From an uncultured delta proteobacterium (GTDB lineage Bacteria; Desulfobacterota; Desulfuromonadia; Geobacterales; Pseudopelobacteraceae): a DNA stretch of 64,000 bases. The position numbers were made by a program, and so were the translations under genes. This document shows, piece after piece, positions 40,109 to 50,622 of this stretch; within the stretch, counting starts at the first letter, position 1; each line of letters begins with the position of its first letter. The DNA lies in NCBI GenBank assembly GCA_963772835.1, contig CAVYYZ010000005.1:142877-206876 (forward strand), read 5' to 3'. The notes beneath the pieces were generated by a model that was not told the DNA's origin, did no database searches, and saw nothing but the letters and a program-made list of their open reading frames with translations.

Positions 40109-40936
40109 ATGAATTTTCCTACATTGCTTATACTCATATTAATCTGCATCTGGCCGTTACCTGCCCATTCCGCAAAATCAACCGGCATCACACGGCTCGG
40201 GCATGCAATCCAGATGGGTGCATTTGCCGATGTAAAAAACGCTGAGCGCTTTACGGCAAAACTTCAGGAAAAAGGGATTGAAGCATTCTATTTCCGCAAG
40301 GATAATGGCGTCTACGCCGTCCGCTTCGGCGACTTCCCCAGCAAAGATAAGGCCCGCGCAGTGGCCAGGCGACTGGTTGCCGACCGGATGATCAGCAGCT
40401 ATTACATTGCACCTCCTAATGACGTTGTATTCAGCCGCCCCAAAGGACCTGGATGGCAAAAACCCCAGCCGGACGAAATTCGAAAGCCTAATATGCCCAT
40501 CCAACCGGTTGTACCGATGGAACCAACCGGAAAACATTCATCGAAACCGTCAAAGGACAATACGGACATGGGGGCAATCGCCGCCCGCACCGCCGAACGT
40601 TTCGTCGGCATTCCCTACCGTTGGGGCGGTAATAATGTTGTAGATGGAATGGATTGCAGCGGCTTTGTACGGGCGGTCTACAATCTGTGCGGGCTCAGTA
40701 TCCCTCGAACCTCGCACGAACAGTTTAAAGCAGGGGATACCGTCTCCAAAGACATCCTACAGGATGGCGATCTTGTTTTTTTCGGATCTTCTGCTGACAA
40801 AATAAGTCATGTCGGAATTTATGTCGGCGGCGGCAAGTTCGTTCATGCACCGCGGCAGGGAGAAGACATCCGTATCACAGCGCTTAATGACAGTTATTTC
40901 GAGAAACGTTTTGTGGGTGCAAAACGGTATTTTTAG
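40109..40936 (+). CDS. SPOR + NlpC/P60 peptidoglycan endopeptidase
   Basis: IQMGAF...NA SPOR domain; GIPYRWGG, DCSG, HVGIY, FVHA. Confidence 0.92.
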   Translation: MNFPTLLILILICIWPLPAHSAKSTGITRLGHAIQMGAFADVKNAERFTAKLQEKGIEAFYFRKDNGVYAVRFGDFPSKDKARAVARRLVADRMISSYYIAPPNDVVFSRPKGPGWQKPQPDEIRKPNMPIQPVVPMEPTGKHSSKPSKDNTDMGAIAARTAERFVGIPYRWGGNNVVDGMDCSGFVRAVYNLCGLSIPRTSHEQFKAGDTVSKDILQDGDLVFFGSSADKISHVGIYVGGGKFVHAPRQGEDIRITALNDSYFEKRFVGAKRYF

Positions 40937-40956
40937 TACGTTACGGAGAATAATGT

Positions 40957-42198
40957 ATGGCTATCATCAAACCATTCCGGGCTCTGCGCCCACCGAGAAA
41001 TCTGGTTGAAAAGGTATCCGCCCTTCCCTACGATGTCATGAATGTTGAAGAAGCGTGTGCCATGGCGGCCGGAAATCCCAATAGTTTTCTGCACATCTCA
41101 CGACCCGAAATTGATCTGTCTCCGGAGATCGACCCGCATGATGAGTCCGTCTATCTGCAGGGAAGAGTTAATCTGGCCGGGTTCATCCGCAACGGGGTAC
41201 TGACACAGGACCGGCACGACTGTTTCTACGTCTACCGCCAGCAGATGGGTGCCATCAGTCAGACCGGTCTCGTGGTCTGTGCCAGTGTCGACGACTACCA
41301 GTCCGGTGTTATCAAGAAGCACGAGCATACCCGGGCCGACAAGGAAGAAGACCGGGTCAGGCATATCGACTGCCTTGATGCCAATGATGAGCCGGTATTC
41401 TACCTCTCCCGTTCCTGCGCAGAAGTGGAGGAAATCATCGAGGGGGTTACCAATGGTCCGGCGGAATATGATTTTACTTCAGATGACGGAGTTGGCCACA
41501 CAGCCTGGATCATTGCCGACCGGACGCTGATTGACCGCTTGATCGTACTTTTTGCCGCTATCCCGAGGTTGTATGTCGCCGACGGCCACCATCGCAGTGC
41601 TGCTGCAGGACGGGTGCGTGAGCTCCGCCGTGACACTAACCCCGGACATACCGGCAGCGAAGAATACAATTCATTCCTGACGGTCATATTTCCTGAGAAT
41701 CAGCTCAATATCATGCCCTACAACCGGGCGGTCAAAGATCTTCACGGATGCAGTGTTGCCGACTTCATTACCCTGGTTGAAAGCAGTTTTGAACTTCTCC
41801 CCTCCCCTGTCCCGGTCATTCCTGTAGAACGCCACCACTTCGGCATGTACCTTGATGGCCGCTGGTATCAGCTTCACGCCCGACCGGCGATCGTCAACGA
41901 GAATGACACCGTCGGCAGGCTGGATGTTTCGATTCTGCAAAACTCGCTCCTGTCCCCCCTGCTCGGAATTCACAATCCGCGTACAGACCAGAGAATCCAT
42001 TTCGTCGGCGGGATACGCGGTAACGATGAGCTGGTCAGGTTGGTCGATTCAGGTGAATATGCCGTTGCGTTCGCCCTCTATCCGACTTCGATCCGCGAGC
42101 TGGTCGAACTGGCCGATCAGGATCAGATCATGCCTCCAAAATCGACCTGGTTCGAACCCAAACTGCGCAGCGGACTTTTTGTGCATCTGCTCTCCTGA
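40957..42198 (+). CDS. DUF1015 family protein
   Basis: PF.ALRP, PYDV, IKKHE.TR, YVADGHHR, MPPKSTWFEPK. Confidence 0.92.
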   Translation: MAIIKPFRALRPPRNLVEKVSALPYDVMNVEEACAMAAGNPNSFLHISRPEIDLSPEIDPHDESVYLQGRVNLAGFIRNGVLTQDRHDCFYVYRQQMGAISQTGLVVCASVDDYQSGVIKKHEHTRADKEEDRVRHIDCLDANDEPVFYLSRSCAEVEEIIEGVTNGPAEYDFTSDDGVGHTAWIIADRTLIDRLIVLFAAIPRLYVADGHHRSAAAGRVRELRRDTNPGHTGSEEYNSFLTVIFPENQLNIMPYNRAVKDLHGCSVADFITLVESSFELLPSPVPVIPVERHHFGMYLDGRWYQLHARPAIVNENDTVGRLDVSILQNSLLSPLLGIHNPRTDQRIHFVGGIRGNDELVRLVDSGEYAVAFALYPTSIRELVELADQDQIMPPKSTWFEPKLRSGLFVHLLS

Positions 42199-42218
42199 CG
42201 AACAGATATAGTCTGTAC

Positions 42219-42256
42219 AAAAAAACTCCCTGCTTTCAGAGCCCGGGAGTTTTTTT
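42219..42256. terminator. Bidirectional intrinsic terminator
   Basis: AAAAAAACTCCC...GGGAGTTTTTTT between convergent genes. Confidence 0.8.
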
Positions 42257-42281
42257 AATTCAACAGTCACTACGATTTCGG

Positions 42282-43568
42282 CTATCTCTTCATCGCATCA
42301 TCCATCAGTTTATAGGCACAGAATTCCCCACACATCGTACAGGCGCCGTGATCTGACACCGGCGAGTTAGCGCGATATTCGCGGGCTTTGTCCGGATCCA
42401 TCGCCAGGGCAAACTGCCCTTCCCAGTCGAGCTTTTTACGGCATTTAGCCATGGCAATATCCTTCGCCATAGCACCCTTGACACCCTTTGCAATATCAGC
42501 TGCATGGGCGGCGATACGGGTTGCGATGACACCATCACGCACATCCTGCACATTCGGCAGGCAGAGGTGTTCTGAGGGGGTCACGTAACAGAGAAAGTCG
42601 GCCCCGGCTGCCGCTGCAATGGCACCACCGATGGCACAGGTGATGTGATCGTAGCCAGGTGCGATATCAGTTACGAGCGGCCCGAGGACGTAGAACGGGG
42701 CACCGTGACAGAGACGTTTCTGCAGTTGGATATTGGTCTGGATCTGATTAAGCGGCACATGCCCCGGGCCTTCGATCATGACCTGTACACCGGCATCCTG
42801 AGCGCGCTGGGTCAATTCACCCAGCAGGATCAGCTCATGAATCTGGGCCCGGTCAGTCGCATCGGCCAGGCAGCCGGGGCGGAAACCGTCACCCAGTGAT
42901 AGAGTCATGTCATATGCTTTTGTGATCTCCAGCAGTTTGTCGAAATGTTCAAAAAGCGGATTTTCCTTGTTGTTGTAACTCATCCATTCAATGGTGAAGG
43001 CACCGCCGCGCGAAACGACATCCATAATGCGCCCTTCGTTCTTCATACGTTCAACAGTGCTTCGTGTCACCCCGCAATGAACGGTGATAAAATCGACGCC
43101 ATCCTCGGCGTGCTTGATAATCCCGGCAAAAATGTCATCGACTGTCATATCGACGATGGCTTTATTCTTTACCCGCACCGCATCCAGGGCGGCCTGATAC
43201 AGCGGGACACTGCCGATGCAGGCGTTTGTCTCGGCAATGATCGCCTTCCTGATTTCGTCCACCGGACCGCCGGTAGAAAGATCCATGATGGCATCTGCGC
43301 CGTATTTGACCGCCGTACGTGCTTTTTCCAGCTCGTTTTCCACATTCATGTCGTCGGATGAAGAGCCGATGTTGGCATTGACTTTGGTGCGCAGTCCGGC
43401 ACCGACCGCAAGCGGAGTGCCGTTGGCATGCTTGTTGTTATGGCAGATAACGATGGTACCGGCAGCAACACCCTCACGGATAAATTCAGGAGCCACCCCT
43501 TCTGCAGCGGCGGCAATCTGCATTTTTTCAGTGATGAGGCCCCGACGGGCATATTCAAGTTGTGTCAT
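42282..43568 (-). CDS. thiC: Phosphomethylpyrimidine synthase
   Basis: KVNANIG, MDLSTGG, VSRGG, EGPGH, CYVTP.EH, C-terminal CTMCG.FC. Confidence 0.97.
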   Translation of the reverse strand: MTQLEYARRGLITEKMQIAAAAEGVAPEFIREGVAAGTIVICHNNKHANGTPLAVGAGLRTKVNANIGSSSDDMNVENELEKARTAVKYGADAIMDLSTGGPVDEIRKAIIAETNACIGSVPLYQAALDAVRVKNKAIVDMTVDDIFAGIIKHAEDGVDFITVHCGVTRSTVERMKNEGRIMDVVSRGGAFTIEWMSYNNKENPLFEHFDKLLEITKAYDMTLSLGDGFRPGCLADATDRAQIHELILLGELTQRAQDAGVQVMIEGPGHVPLNQIQTNIQLQKRLCHGAPFYVLGPLVTDIAPGYDHITCAIGGAIAAAAGADFLCYVTPSEHLCLPNVQDVRDGVIATRIAAHAADIAKGVKGAMAKDIAMAKCRKKLDWEGQFALAMDPDKAREYRANSPVSDHGACTMCGEFCAYKLMDDAMKR

Positions 43569-45049
43569 GTGCGTAATCCTTTTACGGTAAGTTCTTGTGC
43601 TGCCAGATAGTGATTCACGGGGCTATGCCCCTTGCCCAGAGACCGGGCAAGGCGAATAGCGGTACTGATAAATGATTTTGACTGTTCGACCGCTTTCAGA
43701 AGCGGTTCCCCCTGGGCAAGCAGGGCAGCAATTGCAGAGGCATAACTGCAGCCGGTACCATGGGTGTTACTGGTAAAGATCCGCTCAGAAGTGAAATGGT
43801 GGCATCTGGTGCCGTCAAACAGTATATCTGTGGAGGTGCGGCCGGTAAGATGCCCCCCCTTGATAAGAACGTTAGCGGCACCCAGAGCATGCAGGTCGCG
43901 TGCTGCCGACTCCATCCCTGCTTCGTCTTTTATTGATCTCCCCAGAAGACGCTCCGCCTCGGGGACATTCGGAGTAAGCAGATAGGCAAGCGGCAGCAGC
44001 TGATCGCTGAACACCTTAATCGCTTCACGCTCTAACAACGCAGCCCCCCCTTTAGCAACCATAACCGGGTCAATTACCATCGGTATGATAACGTTCCGTT
44101 CACCGAGACGCTCCGCCAGAGCAGAAATCATGGCCGGAGTGTGCAGCATGCCGGTTTTGATGACATCTATCGGGATATCCGACAGTACGGCATCAAGCTG
44201 GTCCAGCATGAAGCTTGGCGGCAGGCCGTGTATCGAGTGGACTCCGCGGGTATTCTGGGCGGTCAGGGAAGTCAGCACAGTGGCGGCGTAACTGCCAAGG
44301 AGGGTAATCGTTTTGATATCAGCCTGTATGCCGGCACCGCCGCCTGAATCACTCCCGGCAACACTCAGCACCGCTCCGCGCGGAAAAGGTTGGGCCCGAT
44401 TCGACAGCAGAACCAGTTCCGCAGCTGCAATATCTGGCCGCGGACTCGAAAGAACAGAAGAAATAACGGCCAACGCGTCTGCACCCGCAGAAATAACCCT
44501 GCCGGCATTGCCGGCACATAACCCACCGATAGCTACGATCGGGATTTTTATTTTGCCTCGAATCGACTCAAGCACTTCAACACCGGGGAGATGCGCAACA
44601 ACTTTGCTTCCGGTCGGGTAGATCGCGCCGAAACCGATATAGTCGGCACCCTCGCGCTCTGCGCGCAGAGCCTCATCCAGATTATGCGTCGACACGCCGA
44701 TGATTTTACCACTCCCGAGCAGCGCTCGTGCTACGGCTATATCACCATCATCCTGCCCAAGATGTACACCGTCAGCATCCAGTTCTTTCGCAAGCTGAAC
44801 GTCATCATTAACAATGAACGTTGCACCAAAACGGGCACAGAGCCGTTTTAGTTCACCCCCCTCAACCAGACGCTCGGCAAAAGCCATACCCTTGGCACGA
44901 TACTGCAGGGCCGAGACCCCGCCTCTCAGTGCCTGCGAGACTCTCTCAATAAGATTGTCACCCTGATCGGTAATCAGGTAAACGCCGGATATGTCTGGCG
45001 GATGTAGCAATTTATTGACGACAAGTCGAAATGGCCTGGTATCTGTCAT
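43565..45049 (-). CDS. thiDE: Fused thiamine-phosphate synthase / HMP(P) kinase (ThiE-ThiD)
   Basis: QYR.K, IVND, GVHLGQDD, AIGG, then AGSDSGGGAGIQAD, DPVM, TPN..E, HGTGC. Confidence 0.95.
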   Translation of the reverse strand: MTDTRPFRLVVNKLLHPPDISGVYLITDQGDNLIERVSQALRGGVSALQYRAKGMAFAERLVEGGELKRLCARFGATFIVNDDVQLAKELDADGVHLGQDDGDIAVARALLGSGKIIGVSTHNLDEALRAEREGADYIGFGAIYPTGSKVVAHLPGVEVLESIRGKIKIPIVAIGGLCAGNAGRVISAGADALAVISSVLSSPRPDIAAAELVLLSNRAQPFPRGAVLSVAGSDSGGGAGIQADIKTITLLGSYAATVLTSLTAQNTRGVHSIHGLPPSFMLDQLDAVLSDIPIDVIKTGMLHTPAMISALAERLGERNVIIPMVIDPVMVAKGGAALLEREAIKVFSDQLLPLAYLLTPNVPEAERLLGRSIKDEAGMESAARDLHALGAANVLIKGGHLTGRTSTDILFDGTRCHHFTSERIFTSNTHGTGCSYASAIAALLAQGEPLLKAVEQSKSFISTAIRLARSLGKGHSPVNHYLAAQELTVKGLRT

Positions 45050-45160
45050 GCAGCTATTCCTCAGCTCTGTCAGCCATGATACGTACGATTGAAGTTGCAC
45101 ACGAAAAAACCGCACTGACTAAATAACATCAGGCGGCCGGATAGAGTGTAAATCCCGCAA

Positions 45161-45274
45161 GCCGCTTTCCTACGCCGGAATTACCCGGTTCAGGTGCAAA
45201 GGGTTCCCGCTGTCCAGACGTACTCCGGTTCAGACAGGCGGATCTCAGTTCGAACGAACTCCCCCAGGGCCTTG
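45161..45274 (-). ncRNA. TPP riboswitch
   Basis: Minus strand GGGGAG...CTGAGA...ACCCTTTGCACCTGAACCGGGTAATTCCGGCGTAGGAA upstream of thiDE-thiC. Confidence 0.95.
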
Positions 45275-45386
45275 TTGGGTTGGTACATTACTGCAACGGG
45301 ACAGTAATGTCAATTGGTACGAACAGGTGCTTTCACTTCAAAATCCCATTCAGAAAGGGACACTGCATCCCCGCTCGTAGCTTTCG

Positions 45387-45875
45387 TCAATATATGAGCG
45401 GTATCAGCTTCCTTACACGCTTCCGGTACGCGGCATACTCCGGGAATTTTTCCAAAAGCAAACGTTCTTCATACCGCGACTTAACATCGAAAAAGAAGAA
45501 AAGCAGCAGCGCGTAACCGGCAGTCAGCCAGCTGTTCAGCCACATACCCCAGCCAAACGCCATCAATATAATGCCGCTGTAAATCGGATGCCTCACCAGT
45601 CTGTAGACACCGGTGACAATCAGAGTTGCATGTTTCTTAGGGATTGGCAGAGGAGTGAGATTCCTCCCGAGATTAACTGAACCGGTTGCGGCGAGAAGAA
45701 TTCCCGTAAAAAGCAGCGCACCGCCTCCGTAGCGGCCAATCCATGCATGTGGAGCGGTCCACACCGGCATTCCCTGCACGGTGTGAGGCCCGAATATCAG
45801 CAGTAAAAACAGACACCCTTGAACAGCAAGATACCACCCTCCCCGTGACTCTTTCCACAAAGGTTTTCCTGACAT
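45387..45875 (-). CDS. Isoprenylcysteine carboxyl methyltransferase (ICMT/PEMT) family membrane protein
   Basis: L...G.YRLVRHPIYSG, EE..L...FPEY..Y..RV. Confidence 0.9.
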   Translation of the reverse strand: MSGKPLWKESRGGWYLAVQGCLFLLLIFGPHTVQGMPVWTAPHAWIGRYGGGALLFTGILLAATGSVNLGRNLTPLPIPKKHATLIVTGVYRLVRHPIYSGIILMAFGWGMWLNSWLTAGYALLLFFFFDVKSRYEERLLLEKFPEYAAYRKRVRKLIPLIY

Positions 45876-46229
45876 GGCTTCCTCGCGACGGGTGATGCTA
45901 TACCCATTACCCCGTACCGGTATTGATGGTCTACCTGCACCTGATGAATAATGCAGCAAATATCATACAAAAAATCAGTATGCCAACAGCTTTTTCATAG
46001 GACCTCTGCCCGGCCCGTCACCGGTACCACGTTATTAAGCATGACAAGAACAAATAAAATTTATTAAAATGGCGATAAACTATAATTCAATAATATGAAT
46101 GTCAATATAATTATAGACAATGGCTGTTACGTGTGTCAGAGTTGACCGCTGATTCAGCAGTTGCATTAAATGAACCCATTACCTAACCATCTGATCTATC
46201 TGAATGTTTGATTATTTGCCGGAGGAACT

Positions 46230-47894
46230 ATGAAAAAGCACCTTATTGTAGGCGGCGTTGCAGCAGGAATGTCGGCAGCTGCCCGGTTGAGACGCCTTGA
46301 CGAAACCGCAGAGATTATTGTGTATGAGCGAGGCGGGTATGTTTCGTATGCTAACTGCGGACTTCCCTATTATGTCGGAAACGAAATCAGCGAGAGGGAC
46401 GAACTCCTGCTGCAGACACCTGAATCATTCAAGCGCCGCTTTAATGTGGATGTAAAAATACATACCGAAGCCGTTGCAGTAGATCCGGACAGAAAGTCGC
46501 TCACCCTCAAAAATCTGCTGAGCGGTGAATTGTATGAAGAAACCTACGATTCATTATTGCTGGCTCCCGGTGGTTCTCCTATTCGTCCAGCCATTCCGGG
46601 GATCGAGAACCCCGCCATAAAAACACTCTGGACAATCCCTGACACCGATGAAATTAAAGCGACAGTCGATGGCGGCACAGTCAGAAAAGCTCTCATTGTA
46701 GGTGGCGGTTTTATTGGACTTGAAATGGCTGAAAATCTCCGCATCCGCGGGATAGAAGTGGCTTTGGTAGAGATGACATCGCAGGTGATGACAGTAATTG
46801 ACCCGGAGATGGCGGCGATTGTGCATCGTGAGCTGAATTGTAACGGCATTGAACTGTTTTTGAACGAAACGGTGACCGGCTTTGAGCCGCTGCCTGGTGA
46901 CAGAGTGCTGACACGGCTTGAAAGCGGAATGCGTATTGAAGCGGATATGGTACTGCTTTCGATCGGTGTCAAACCTAATACCGGATTTCTTGCCGATTCA
47001 GGAATTCAACTCGGCGCGCGCGGGCATATCATAGTTGACAGCCATCTGATGACAAATAAAGCGGATGTTTACGCAGCCGGTGATGCAATAGAGGTCATCA
47101 ACCCATTTACCGGAAAGAATACCGCCGTACCGCTTGCCGGGCCCGCGAACAAGCAGGGAAGAATAGTGGCTGACAACATTCACGGGGGTCATCCGCGCAG
47201 CTACGACGGTACCATGGGAACAGCTATTGCGAAGGTTTTTGATCTGGCGGTCGGAGTAACCGGTGCATCAGAAAAATTCTGCCGAATTGAAAACATCCCG
47301 TACCAGAGCGTCATTACTCACTCTAATCACCACGCCGGCTACTATCCCGGTGCAACCATGCTTTCTTTCAAACTGATTTTTTCACCGGAAAATCGCCGTG
47401 TACTCGGTGCACAGGTTGTGGGGTGTGAAGGGGTAGACAAGAGGATCGACGTGATTGCCACTGCCATCAAAGCGGGTATGACTGTTGATGATCTAACGGA
47501 AATAGAGCACGCCTACGCACCACCCTATTCGTCCGCCAAGGATCCGGTAAACATGATCGGGTTTGTCGCACAGAACATTCTTGACGGGCTCATCAGGAGC
47601 ATATCGTTCGATGGTGTCAAACGTGCCCTGGAAGAGGGGGCGTATCTTCTCGATGTCCGTTCACCAAATGAATTTAAAGCGGGAACCATCACCGGAGCGG
47701 TCAATATTCCGCTTGACGTGCTGCGCAGCAAACTCGCCATACTGCCGGTAGACAGAGTTATTCTGATATTCTGCAAGGTCGGATTACGCGGCTACATTGC
47801 CGGCCGCATTCTTTCGTCGAACGGATTCAGCACGTGTGTAAATCTCTCGGGAGGGTACGATACATATCGGGCTGCATTCTGCGAAGTGCCATAG
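46230..47894 (+). CDS. CoA-disulfide/persulfide reductase with C-terminal rhodanese domain
   Basis: GGVAAGMSAA, SYANCGLPY, GGGFIGLE, AYAPPYS, LDVR..E and FCKVGLRG rhodanese loop. Confidence 0.93.
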   Translation: MKKHLIVGGVAAGMSAAARLRRLDETAEIIVYERGGYVSYANCGLPYYVGNEISERDELLLQTPESFKRRFNVDVKIHTEAVAVDPDRKSLTLKNLLSGELYEETYDSLLLAPGGSPIRPAIPGIENPAIKTLWTIPDTDEIKATVDGGTVRKALIVGGGFIGLEMAENLRIRGIEVALVEMTSQVMTVIDPEMAAIVHRELNCNGIELFLNETVTGFEPLPGDRVLTRLESGMRIEADMVLLSIGVKPNTGFLADSGIQLGARGHIIVDSHLMTNKADVYAAGDAIEVINPFTGKNTAVPLAGPANKQGRIVADNIHGGHPRSYDGTMGTAIAKVFDLAVGVTGASEKFCRIENIPYQSVITHSNHHAGYYPGATMLSFKLIFSPENRRVLGAQVVGCEGVDKRIDVIATAIKAGMTVDDLTEIEHAYAPPYSSAKDPVNMIGFVAQNILDGLIRSISFDGVKRALEEGAYLLDVRSPNEFKAGTITGAVNIPLDVLRSKLAILPVDRVILIFCKVGLRGYIAGRILSSNGFSTCVNLSGGYDTYRAAFCEVP

Positions 47895-47908
47895 GACTGC
47901 GGTTGCCC

Positions 47909-48523
47909 TCATTGTAATTGAGCTCGTGCCAAAAGTACCGGATAGCTGCGGCCCCCCTTACTGACGTTCGTGACGGGTGTGACAGAAACGGAAGAAAAAC
48001 CGGCACGTTCGAGCATGCCGGAAAGCTCTTCGGCACTGAAGCCGTGATGAAATATGCCGGTCGGATCATCGTGAAAGCTGCCGTCTTCGGATTCAAGATC
48101 AGCCAGAGCGATCCAGCCTCCGGGATGCAGCAGAGATTTGAGCGACTGCAGGAGCGGCTCGATTTTCTCAATATGATGAAGGGTCATGGCACTGGTTATA
48201 AGGTGATACTTTCCCGATGGCAGCTCCCCGATAGCCAACTCGCACAGTACCGTCTGTACGTTTGAAAAACCGGATTGCTGAATTTTAGCGGTGAGGCGAT
48301 CAAGCATCCCCGACGAACTGTCGACTCCTGTCATACTGCGAAGCGCGGGAGCGAGCTGCATGGTAACCAGACCGGTCCCGCACCCGATATCGAGGGCATC
48401 CCACTCCGGTAAAAAACGAATATGTTCCTGAATGGCAGATGCAATTTCCCCGGCCAGCTTGACCCGGCGGGGTTCCTCGTCCCACTGCATCGCGACAACA
48501 TTAAAATCCCGACGTTCTGTCAT
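47909..48523 (-). CDS. Class I SAM-dependent methyltransferase
   Basis: LDIGCGTG, GVDSS.GM, MTLHH, L.PGG. Confidence 0.92.
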   Translation of the reverse strand: MTERRDFNVVAMQWDEEPRRVKLAGEIASAIQEHIRFLPEWDALDIGCGTGLVTMQLAPALRSMTGVDSSSGMLDRLTAKIQQSGFSNVQTVLCELAIGELPSGKYHLITSAMTLHHIEKIEPLLQSLKSLLHPGGWIALADLESEDGSFHDDPTGIFHHGFSAEELSGMLERAGFSSVSVTPVTNVSKGGRSYPVLLARAQLQ

Positions 48524-49194
48524 GGCAACTCCTCTTTCCTTGAATTTTCCTGAAAAGCACCGATCAGCTGTTCACTGGTGATGACCCCGATTCCTTTGCG
48601 CGCATATCGCTTCAGTATATCTGACATAGTATGTCGTGATGCAACCGCGTCCATAACGACCACAACCCGATACCCGCGGTTAAGTGCACCGAGAGCAGTG
48701 AAATACACGCAATATGCGGCATCGACTCCGGTCAGATACAGTTCATCAACCCTGCGGTCAATCAGCAGCTGTTCAAACTGACGATTTGAGAAGGCGTCAG
48801 TCCGGTTCTTTTCAAAATCGTTATTATTGACCACCCTGATTCTGCGGTCGATCATCACTTTTCCCGTCCGTCTGCCGCCATGCAGGCGGACAAACAGGTT
48901 GTTGCTGAAGACCTGCCGGATGTACGCAACCTCCATACCGGATTCTGTTGCCAGGTCAATCAGCCGGTTGACCGTTGCTATCATTCCGGTTGCGGGCGGT
49001 GCAGTGACCGGCTGCCGGGCATTCGTCCCTGTATACCCTTCCTGAATATCCAGTACCACGAGTGCCTTGCGTGGATTCGGATAGCTCTCTATTTTCCTTC
49101 CTGAAGTGGCCACATACATGCTGCGGAACATCATTGCAGCCGCCACGAGAGCAAGAGATACGATTATTGTCAGGAACATATACAGATAAAACAT
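48520..49194 (-). CDS. Membrane-anchored isochorismatase-family cysteine hydrolase
   Basis: ALVVLDIQ, K...DAF, GVDAAYCV..TA; N-terminal TM. Confidence 0.88.
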   Translation of the reverse strand: MFYLYMFLTIIVSLALVAAAMMFRSMYVATSGRKIESYPNPRKALVVLDIQEGYTGTNARQPVTAPPATGMIATVNRLIDLATESGMEVAYIRQVFSNNLFVRLHGGRRTGKVMIDRRIRVVNNNDFEKNRTDAFSNRQFEQLLIDRRVDELYLTGVDAAYCVYFTALGALNRGYRVVVVMDAVASRHTMSDILKRYARKGIGVITSEQLIGAFQENSRKEELP

Positions 49195-49196
49195 GA

Positions 49197-49490
49197 TCAG
49201 CGGGCTCCGCCCCAGAGTGGACTGTCCATGAATTGACGTCGCATGCGCTCTTCCGGGTTCTGTGTATAAAATTCATCTTCAGAAAATGCGTATCGATATG
49301 ATTCCAGATAACCGCTTATGATGCGGTAGGCGGCATTAACCTGCGCGATCCGCTCATTGTCCGGTTCTCCGCCGCTATCCGGATGATAACGTTTCACCAG
49401 TTCCCGATGACGACTCCTGATTTCTCTCATGGTACTCCACTCCCGCAGCCCCAGAATCTGAAGCGCATCCTGAAATTCAGCATAGGTCAT
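49197..49490 (-). CDS. Small J-domain protein
   Basis: ALQILGL, YHPD, VNAAY. Confidence 0.88.
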   Translation of the reverse strand: MTYAEFQDALQILGLREWSTMREIRSRHRELVKRYHPDSGGEPDNERIAQVNAAYRIISGYLESYRYAFSEDEFYTQNPEERMRRQFMDSPLWGGAR

Positions 49491-49578
49491 GGTTTTTCCC
49501 TTCTCTGCCAATTTTTTCCACGTTCCTCTTCTGCTCAACACCCCGTGCAGCGGTATTTATGGTTGGCCGTTCTGATTT

Positions 49579-50343
49579 TCAGACTGATTCCGCATCCTTC
49601 TCACTGGTAATGTATTCCGGAGGTAATTCGCACTCTGAAGGGATCTGAAACGGGATAGGATAGCGTATTCCCGCCTTGTGTGTCGCGGCAAGTCCATCAG
49701 CAGTCCGCTCCAGCCACGCAAAGGGAATACCGATGATCATTTCATGGTCCTGAGCCATGGCAAAGCGCCGGTCACCCATACAGGGGATTTCAACAGCCGG
49801 CTCTCCTGTCAGGGAGACCTGGGCTACAGCCCGGGAGCAGACACCGGCATCGCCCGATGATTTCATGACAAACTCTCCACCCTGATGGTAGAGGAATGCC
49901 TGTACAAAACGCATTGCCTGGGCAGAATTGACATAGACCACAACCAGATCGGGAGCAATCCCGCTAAACGGTCGTGCCAGAGGGTACGTCAACACTCCTG
50001 CCACACCAGGCGTAACCCGCGGCATCAGCTGCTGCATGGCAACAGCTGCCGGTTGATTTTCCTGATATACTCCCGTGTTGACCGAACCATCCATAATGCG
50101 CCGGGGAAGTTGTATCATACCGGTACAGGCCGTTCCTATTGCGCAGTGGGCCGTATCAGCGTCAGTCCAGGTTGACCAGGAGTACATCCGGCTATAGGCA
50201 ATCTGCTGGCAAATTGCCAGTCGCTTGCCGCGCATCTTGATTTTCAACCCTTCAATCAGAGAAACATTCCGCACCAGATTAACGCCTACAGGTTGAGTTG
50301 CGGGGTTGACTGTTTCTTTAACCGTTGCCAGAAAATGCTCCAT
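49579..50343 (-). CDS. DUF169 family protein
   Basis: PVGV, ICQ.I..SR, HC, PD.V, GVC, PC.GDR.FA; AGGAGG RBS. Confidence 0.85.
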   Translation of the reverse strand: MEHFLATVKETVNPATQPVGVNLVRNVSLIEGLKIKMRGKRLAICQQIAYSRMYSWSTWTDADTAHCAIGTACTGMIQLPRRIMDGSVNTGVYQENQPAAVAMQQLMPRVTPGVAGVLTYPLARPFSGIAPDLVVVYVNSAQAMRFVQAFLYHQGGEFVMKSSGDAGVCSRAVAQVSLTGEPAVEIPCMGDRRFAMAQDHEMIIGIPFAWLERTADGLAATHKAGIRYPIPFQIPSECELPPEYITSEKDAESV

Positions 50344-50439
50344 AAAACCTCCTGTTATGTATATCCGCTCAGTATGCTCGTTTTTTACAGATACATGTAA
50401 TCGACAGATGGCACCGGACCGGTGTCAGGATGGCCTTCT

Positions 50440-50622
50440 TCAACCGCCGGCGTAACAACCGTCGCCTGATGAGGACGACCCCACCGAAGAAAAGGCGGAA
50501 AGCTCTTTTCTGGTTTGACTTGAACCACACTCCGGACAGAGAGGCTTGGGCTCCGATGTGGTTTTATGAAGTTTTTCAAAATTGCATCCGCACTCCGTAC
50601 AGCTGTATTCGAATATTGGCAT
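50440..50622 (-). CDS. FmdB-family zinc-ribbon protein (possibly extends to 50425 via Sec)
   Basis: MPIFEY.C..CG..FE...CP.CG; ends GCYAGG-TGA, followed by a SECIS-like hairpin. Confidence 0.88.
   Translation of the reverse strand: MPIFEYSCTECGCNFEKLHKTTSEPKPLCPECGSSQTRKELSAFSSVGSSSSGDGCYAGG

Noticed and set aside
45970..45986. Sigma54 promoter for the ICMT-family gene
   Set aside because: TGGCA is present but there is no GC or GT at the -12 position.
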